Shown: positions 57,905 through 64,000 of the stretch, piece after piece | How positions within the stretch are numbered: the first letter of the stretch is position 1 | How the letters are laid out: the number at the start of each line of letters is the position of its first letter | IMG/VR virus record: IMGVR_UViG_3300043077_000173 | Coordinates: 1-64,000 of that record | Source: a virus | Taxonomy: Duplodnaviria > Caudoviricetes | Direction: 5' to 3' (one strand) | DNA: 64,000 nt | Position numbers and translations under genes: made by a program | The notes under the pieces: model-generated | The model's database searches: none | What the model was told of the DNA's origin: nothing | What the model saw: the letters and a program-made list of their open reading frames with translations, nothing else

Positions 57905-57932
57905 AAAAATCCCCAATTTCTTGGGGATTTTT
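57905..57932 (-). terminator. intrinsic terminator
   Basis: AAAAATCCCCAA-TTTC-TTGGGGATTTTT at the stop of the 635-aa gene. Confidence 0.85.
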
Positions 57933-57933
57933 A

Positions 57934-59841
57934 TTATTTTCCTTTTTTAGCTTCCATTATAATTCGACAAGATGTTTTATATGAACAGCCTTCTTTAATA
58001 AGTTTTTCAACATATCGTCTATCAAGGCTATCCCAAGCATCTACGTCTTTTTTAGCATACATCTTTTTAGCTGTTTCGTAAATGGATTTAATCTTAGCTT
58101 CATTAACGGTTTCTTTACAGGAAATTGTTTGTTTGCTACCCTCACTGGCTTCAGCACCAAATTCATCAGTAGAAACTTCATGATATTCAGCACCTTCTTC
58201 AATATCTTCTCCATCATTACCTTTCTCAATATAAGAAATGTAAATTTTTGTCTGTTCTGGAGCATATTGTGATCTAGCAGCCTGTACTTTAACGTTATCG
58301 CCAAACCGTTTAGCAATCATTTTCTTAATTAATTCAAAAGTATCACCAGAAACTGCTACTTTACCTTCGAATACTAAATATACTCTACCGTCTTGTTCTT
58401 TTGAATCAACAAAGTCCAATTTTGGGAAATACTTATTCATATATTCATAAATGTCATTGAAGTCATATTCCTGAATACCGTCTTTGTATACAGTATCTTC
58501 ACCACCAAACATATCTGGTTGAACTTCTACGGCTTCAGAAACCTCTTTTGGATCACGACTACGAACATAATCCATTACCTTCTTGTAAGCAGGAAGTGGA
58601 TTGTATTCACTGTTTGGTTCTCTATGAGCAAATACCTCTTCACCCTGTTCTTCATAACTGTGAAGTAATTTAGATATTTCACCGAAGCTAACACTTTGTG
58701 ATGCTCCTAAATCAAAACGCTTGTTATCAATGAATAGGATTAAATGTCCATCATTTCTACAAACTAACGCATTTTTATTATCTCTTGATACACAAATGTC
58801 GTCTGGTTCAGCTCTGTAGTACTGTTTGAATTCATCGCATAGTTCTTCCCAGCTCGATTTTTTTGCTGGTTGATATACGGCTTCAGAAACCTCTACACCA
58901 GCAGCTCTTAAAGCTTCTTCAATTTGTGCTTCAACGTCTGGACTTAATTCTTCATCAGCAGATTCTTCGGTAATCTCTTCTGCGAATTTGTCCTGCTGAT
59001 TTGAGCCTTCTGTATCCGAAGGAATAATTTCTTCTGCTTCGTTTAATTCAACACCAGCAGCCCTTAAAGCTTCTTCAATTTGAGCTTCATAGTCAACGTC
59101 TGTATCTTCATTTTCGTCATACATACCAGCATCCATCATATCATCAATCCCCATTTCATCAGCTGACATACCTGCTAGTTCAGGTTCAGCAGGTTCTTCA
59201 GCAGATGTCATCTCAACACCAGCAACAGGAGCTTCTGCTGGTAATTCTTCATCAAATGGAACTTCGTCGTCAAATGCTCCTTCACCACCCATTGCTGGAA
59301 CTGTTGTATCCATATCCATTGGTGTTCCATCTTCCATGTTCATTGGCTCTGGGATAGCTTCCATACCATTCATTGGTGTTGCCCCAGTTCCCTCAGCCTG
59401 ATTGGCTAAATCAAACATTTGAGATAATGCAGCAGCATCTTGTGTTTCTAAACCATTGATCGAAACGCTATATTGTGCTTCATTTACGTTATTCATTCCA
59501 TTCTCCGTAATTACAGGTGTTATTTCTGTCTCCGATGCAGTAATTTCTTCGTTATTGTCTGTATTCCTCAAAACAATAGCATCCTTGTTGTTAATATTTA
59601 TTACCTCATACTGTTTTTGACTAGCATCGTTTTTCAAAGTTACAAAAGACCCTTCTTTTGTTTTAACATCATTGTAACCATGCTTTTCTGTTTCAGCATT
59701 TGAATCAATGATTGACATTAATCTATAAGGGTTTACACCATACTTTTTAGCAACGATTGAAATAGCTTGAGGTTTAGATAAACCATTAGCAATATTTTGC
59801 TCAATTTCTTGTTTTATACCTTTTGATTCAGTATCCATCAA
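57934..59841 (-). CDS. acidic modular putative internal head protein
   Basis: Repeated QIEEALRAAGVE and EVSEAV segments; many [ILV]xE motifs; TAAATA at 59884-59889. Confidence 0.6.
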   Translation of the reverse strand: MMDTESKGIKQEIEQNIANGLSKPQAISIVAKKYGVNPYRLMSIIDSNAETEKHGYNDVKTKEGSFVTLKNDASQKQYEVININNKDAIVLRNTDNNEEITASETEITPVITENGMNNVNEAQYSVSINGLETQDAAALSQMFDLANQAEGTGATPMNGMEAIPEPMNMEDGTPMDMDTTVPAMGGEGAFDDEVPFDEELPAEAPVAGVEMTSAEEPAEPELAGMSADEMGIDDMMDAGMYDENEDTDVDYEAQIEEALRAAGVELNEAEEIIPSDTEGSNQQDKFAEEITEESADEELSPDVEAQIEEALRAAGVEVSEAVYQPAKKSSWEELCDEFKQYYRAEPDDICVSRDNKNALVCRNDGHLILFIDNKRFDLGASQSVSFGEISKLLHSYEEQGEEVFAHREPNSEYNPLPAYKKVMDYVRSRDPKEVSEAVEVQPDMFGGEDTVYKDGIQEYDFNDIYEYMNKYFPKLDFVDSKEQDGRVYLVFEGKVAVSGDTFELIKKMIAKRFGDNVKVQAARSQYAPEQTKIYISYIEKGNDGEDIEEGAEYHEVSTDEFGAEASEGSKQTISCKETVNEAKIKSIYETAKKMYAKKDVDAWDSLDRRYVEKLIKEGCSYKTSCRIIMEAKKGK

Positions 59842-59940
59842 TGATTCCTTAGATCGTTAAATATTTCACGAAATATCTACGAATATTTATTATGTAACAC
59901 TCATAAACATAAATATTTCTATGAAATATCGGAGAAAAAA

Positions 59941-61293
59941 ATGGTTGCAAACGTTAATTATTGGTACAACTCTCAAATAAGAACGATAATATTACACGTT
60001 TTAAGAATGATGTCAAATTTCTGTGTATCATCTGGAAACGATGCTAATGGAAACCCAGAACTCACTAGAGTTCCTTGTACGTTTATGTCATCAGATAAGT
60101 CTGTATTGAGTATGATTAACAATAATTCAGATACCATTCTACAATCTGTTCCAAAAATGGTTTTAACAATCTCAGATTTAAGCCTCAACAATGATAAAAT
60201 GAGCGGTTCTCCATATATGCCTTATGAATCAGAGTTTAATGAGAAAAAATATGATGAAGAAACAGGCAATTATGTACATGATTTAGGAAACTGTTATCGT
60301 GTAGAACGTTTAAACCCATTACCTATTGGTATAACCTTTAAGCTATACATTTTTACAACATTAATTACTCATAAATTACAGCTATTTGAACAAATAAGAA
60401 TGTTGTTTTCTCCAACAGCCGAATTACAAACATCTGAAAATCCTCTAGATTGGTCAAGATTATCCGCACTGGTATTAACAAACGTCAATTATTCATCAAG
60501 AGGTACTAATATTGATAGTTCAACATTAGATTCTATGGATTTAACGTTTCAACTTGATACAAATTTAGACGCTCCAGCATTGATTTCAAAATCAACACTT
60601 ATTGAAAACATTATAACAGAAATAAATGAAGGTAATATTGTCGATGATATATCTTTTGGTGAAAATCTTGCCAGACAATATCATAGTCCTACAGAAAATA
60701 ATATAACCGTTCAAAACAACAATGAGCTTATATTATCTCCTTCAAATATTGCTAAAAACTGGTATCAATTGATTAAAGCATATCATATGAAATACAATGC
60801 TTTATTGTCAGACATTTATGTACATTGTTTAATAAACGTTGATACAAATACAAAAAAGTCAATATATGGTCCTATAAAGATTGATGAAAAAGATCCAACT
60901 AAAGCATATTGGACATATAATGAAGAATCTTTACCTAAAGAGAATTTAGACCCTGTTGACGCAATTATTGACCCACATCATTTTAAGCCTCAAAACGTTG
61001 AAGGCGAACGTTATATCTTAGATGATTCAATACCAAATAATACAAAACTATGGGGTGAATTAAGGGATAGAAACGATAATATTCTTGATAAAATAGATGC
61101 CAACAATATTATTCAATACATAAATGGTTATTGGACACTAATGACTGATCCTGTTAATGAACCAGCGGTATATTATGTAAGAGATCTATCTGACGCCAAA
61201 TATCTTTACTCATTCAATACAGATTACAATATTTGGTATGATGTTATCAATAAACGTTATAGATCTGGACAATGGAGAATATCGTCTAACTAA
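59941..61293 (+). CDS. tail terminator/sheath stabiliser (T4 gp15-like), C-terminally extended
   Basis: YWYNSQIR, RVP, PKM, P.P..I.F.L.I, QLFEQI..LF.P. Confidence 0.8.
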   Translation: MVANVNYWYNSQIRTIILHVLRMMSNFCVSSGNDANGNPELTRVPCTFMSSDKSVLSMINNNSDTILQSVPKMVLTISDLSLNNDKMSGSPYMPYESEFNEKKYDEETGNYVHDLGNCYRVERLNPLPIGITFKLYIFTTLITHKLQLFEQIRMLFSPTAELQTSENPLDWSRLSALVLTNVNYSSRGTNIDSSTLDSMDLTFQLDTNLDAPALISKSTLIENIITEINEGNIVDDISFGENLARQYHSPTENNITVQNNNELILSPSNIAKNWYQLIKAYHMKYNALLSDIYVHCLINVDTNTKKSIYGPIKIDEKDPTKAYWTYNEESLPKENLDPVDAIIDPHHFKPQNVEGERYILDDSIPNNTKLWGELRDRNDNILDKIDANNIIQYINGYWTLMTDPVNEPAVYYVRDLSDAKYLYSFNTDYNIWYDVINKRYRSGQWRISSN

Positions 61294-61335
61294 AGAATTA
61301 GTAATAAATACCTTTATATGATACATTAAGGAATA

Positions 61336-61890
61336 ATGAAAATGGCTATTGATCTAAAAAAGATATTGTTTACAATGAAAAAAACATATTCATTTAATAT
61401 CAAGATTGCTTGTGATGATATAAAAGATTATGATTTTAAATCCTTTGACACAATTATGGGATTAAAAGGTATGATAAAGCGTACAAATCCAGTCGCTCTA
61501 CCTCTAGCTTCTGCCCCGTTGGATTTTCCACGTTTAAAAAGCTATTATGGAACAATTTACAAATTTGAAGCAGAGTTTGAATATCCTATTTCAGAAAATC
61601 AAATCAAAACAGAATTAAGCAATTTATTATGCCTTGATAGAAGCTTTATCATTGTTAGAACCTCTGAATCTCCTTTAGAACAATATGATGACGATTATCT
61701 TAAATACAAAGATGAAGATTATGCTTCCGTTTTATTAGATGATGCTCAAAAAGATTCTGTAAATCCTAATGACTATTATGGTGACGAATATAATAAATCA
61801 ATGATTGACGCATTACTTTCTAAAGAAGGTCAAGAAAATCAACAGCATTTCAAAGAAGTTGATAAAAATACCTATAATGGGCAGAAATAA
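61336..61890 (+). CDS. conserved hypothetical late protein
   Basis: KTYSFNIKIA and PLDFP motifs; TAAATA at 61305-61310. Confidence 0.6.
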   Translation: MKMAIDLKKILFTMKKTYSFNIKIACDDIKDYDFKSFDTIMGLKGMIKRTNPVALPLASAPLDFPRLKSYYGTIYKFEAEFEYPISENQIKTELSNLLCLDRSFIIVRTSESPLEQYDDDYLKYKDEDYASVLLDDAQKDSVNPNDYYGDEYNKSMIDALLSKEGQENQQHFKEVDKNTYNGQK

Positions 61891-61895
61891 TTCAA

Positions 61896-61919
61896 AAGCG
61901 GAGTCATAAAGCTCCGCTT
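61896..61919. terminator. bidirectional terminator
   Basis: AAGCGGAG-N8-CTCCGCTT between convergent genes. Confidence 0.8.
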
Positions 61920-61924
61920 ATTTT

Positions 61925-62692
61925 TTAGATAGCTTTTCCTCTTAAAGCACCAACTCTGTAAGCATTATCATTTTCAGATGCCATTAAAATTCTTTCAGGT
62001 AAAAACTTTACCTTAATCGTGTCTTTATACATTGATCTAAATAACGCCGAGAAATAATCTACGGAAAAATATGTATTCTCTTTCCAAATATTTGTACCAC
62101 CAATATTACCAATATTGATTGATCCATTATCTACTGATTGGTTTTCATCACCAAAATAGATATAGTTATTACCATCTTTAGAGGTTATTCTAAAATATTT
62201 CTCATTAGTTAATGAAGATAATCTACAAATATCTTTAACAATATCTTCAGTCAATTCTCCAGCATTAGATTCTAATGTATGCTGTAAGCCAAACTTTCTT
62301 TGGTCAAACTTATCTTTTAAATCTTGTTGATTAACAATAAAGCTATAGTTTTGAAGAAAATATTTCATCTTCAATCTTCCAGAAGATATATTGAATACTT
62401 TAGGGCTACCGCCATCGTCAGTATCTATATCAATCTTTAAAGAAGATTCATCATCTTTATTATAAAAAGAACTTATAATGGTGTGAATTGATGACCAATT
62501 TCTTAATCCAAACATTTTTGTCGTATATTCTTCTCCCTTATCCTCTACATAAGCATATACTAAATCGTCTGAAGTCTTACACGATATACAACAATGCTCA
62601 CTAGAAGATGGATATACCACAACAGTTTCAAAATCAAACTTATTAAATAAACTATCTGCTTCTATAAGTGTCTGTCTTAACATTTTCATCAA
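61925..62692 (-). CDS. probable sliding clamp (gp45/PCNA-like)
   Basis: 255 aa two-domain alpha/beta pattern (FGL.N, YFGD) directly after the polymerase. Confidence 0.55.
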   Translation of the reverse strand: MMKMLRQTLIEADSLFNKFDFETVVVYPSSSEHCCISCKTSDDLVYAYVEDKGEEYTTKMFGLRNWSSIHTIISSFYNKDDESSLKIDIDTDDGGSPKVFNISSGRLKMKYFLQNYSFIVNQQDLKDKFDQRKFGLQHTLESNAGELTEDIVKDICRLSSLTNEKYFRITSKDGNNYIYFGDENQSVDNGSINIGNIGGTNIWKENTYFSVDYFSALFRSMYKDTIKVKFLPERILMASENDNAYRVGALRGKAI

Positions 62693-62749
62693 CCCTTTCT
62701 TCTATTGGTTTATAATAAAGCTTTCTTTAAAGATTGTCAAGAAGAAAAT

Positions 62750-64000
62750 CTATACATCAAAGCTTAAAAATCCATCCATATCATCATTGGCTTGTAGAGC
62801 TTTATCTATACTTAAATCCCAACCAATTACACCAAAGATTGTATCAATCGTTTTATCAACAATGCTGTCTTTCATAGATTGTACATCAAATGGTAATTCT
62901 CTAAACCATTTAGGAAATGATGTTAAATCTACCGGATAAGCAATTTTAGTCATTCCAAACGGATTATTGGGCTTCAATTTACATACAATAACTTTATTGC
63001 CATCAAGAATTTTAGGTGTTTTATTGTCTTGGTTTAATTCAATCATTCGATTCCAATTGATTGAGGCTAAAACCTGTGATACAGAACATTTTCCAGATTC
63101 TTTATAAATTTGTTCATAATAATCTAATTTATTGCATGCTTGTGGCTTACCTTTTTTCCATTCAGGTAATTTATTCCAATCATTTATAGCAAAATCTCTA
63201 ACAATATTTAATAAATCCTCTTTTGTACCATCTGTTAAAATCTTTTCAAGCATCTTTTTAAGCATTACTTTAACTAATTTATGCGTATCACTTCTCTGTG
63301 TTTGAATACCCATAATCTTGATTTTTCCAGGTTTACCATGAGTATCTAAACGCCACCCATCTTTATCAACCATCATTAAAGCATACCGCTTTTTACCGCA
63401 AAATAAGCCTTTTGTAGCAACAACTTCACGTCCAGCTTTCATAATATCTTTAGCATCATTTTCACAATGAAACGTTTTTGCCATATAATCTGGATATGTT
63501 GTATTAATATGTTCTTCAACCATATTAGAAAACGTTACTAAATTATCTTTTGAATAATCAAAATCAGGATGTGCTTCTTTAAACTCTTTACAATCTAGCG
63601 ACATGTAACAGGAATTATGTACTAATATATTATTTGAGAATTCCCACTGCCGTCTATCGTCTTTAATACCTATATCATATACATACTCATCCTCAAAGTT
63701 TCCAACACACTCACATCGTTTGATTTTGCTTCTAACAATTTTCATTTCCGTAAGTTCATCTGTGCTAAAATTACCATTATTATCTAAAACCAATCGACTA
63801 AAATGCTCTTTAATTTCTTCTGAATGTTTAATCGTATAAACATCAAAATATTCTTTTATTGTGATTAAAATATCTGTATCAATTATTTCTGAAGGTTTAA
63901 CCTCAATCAATTTCCCATCTCTCTCAACCATACAAGAATGATCTGATGTAACTGTTATAATATTACCGTTTTCATCTTCAATCTCCCATTTTGGTTTCGA
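62750..64000 (-). CDS. family B DNA polymerase, 3' part, intein-containing
   Basis: REVVA..GLF..KKRYA, KIKIMG...RSD; frame stays open to the window edge. Confidence 0.92.
   Translation of the reverse strand, partial: SKPKWEIEDENGNIITVTSDHSCMVERDGKLIEVKPSEIIDTDILITIKEYFDVYTIKHSEEIKEHFSRLVLDNNGNFSTDELTEMKIVRSKIKRCECVGNFEDEYVYDIGIKDDRRQWEFSNNILVHNSCYMSLDCKEFKEAHPDFDYSKDNLVTFSNMVEEHINTTYPDYMAKTFHCENDAKDIMKAGREVVATKGLFCGKKRYALMMVDKDGWRLDTHGKPGKIKIMGIQTQRSDTHKLVKVMLKKMLEKILTDGTKEDLLNIVRDFAINDWNKLPEWKKGKPQACNKLDYYEQIYKESGKCSVSQVLASINWNRMIELNQDNKTPKILDGNKVIVCKLKPNNPFGMTKIAYPVDLTSFPKWFRELPFDVQSMKDSIVDKTIDTIFGVIGWDLSIDKALQANDDMDGFLSFDV
63614..64000 (-). mobile_element. intein (C-terminal part, apparently endonuclease-less)
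   Basis: Block B VTSDHS, block F YVYDI, block G ILVHN followed by Ser. Confidence 0.9.

Noticed and set aside
1-64000. Stop-codon recoding (alternative genetic code)
   Set aside because: Core genes are intact in code 11, and TAA, TAG and TGA all end genes at sensible positions
1-64000. tRNA or rRNA genes
   Set aside because: Intergenic gaps are short and AT-rich and I saw no cloverleaf or T-loop motif; a tRNAscan/Infernal run would be definitive
1-64000. Bacterial chromosome or prophage origin suggested by groEL, groES, greA and dnaE
   Set aside because: These genes are interleaved with T4-type structural and replication genes, and no integrase or host operons are seen

Overview
A 64 kb, AT-rich, densely coding segment of a large T4-related (jumbo-type) myophage genome, standard genetic code. 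It holds a head module (portal, core, prohead protease, scaffold, major capsid), neck, tail and baseplate genes (gp14-, gp15-, gp19-, gp26-like, tape measure candidate, 2212-aa baseplate protein), replication genes (clamp loader, primase, DnaB-like helicase, sliding clamp, intein-containing family B polymerase, DnaE fragment) and host-like accessory genes (GroEL, two GroES-like proteins, GreA-like factor, amidoligase, N6-adenine methyltransferase, thioredoxin-like protein). Five paralogous homing-endonuclease-like genes are present. Sigma70-type promoters precede replication/accessory genes; a T4-late-like TAAATA box precedes structural genes. The main leads are: (1) a 2.9 kb tail-fibre/LRR adhesin cassette bounded by near-perfect 26-bp inverted palindromic sites, whose LRR genes share identical DNA blocks with each other and with a distant Ig-LRR virion gene; (2) an unannotated -1 frameshift (T TTT TTC) that would fuse a gp26-like gene to a start-less gp51-like ORF, like lambda G/GT; (3) a GreA homologue with a remodelled, Gfh1-like acidic tip; (4) putative head polyproteins whose modules are bracketed by in-frame direct repeats at protease-cleavage-like motifs. 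All family assignments come from motif recognition by eye; no database searches were run.
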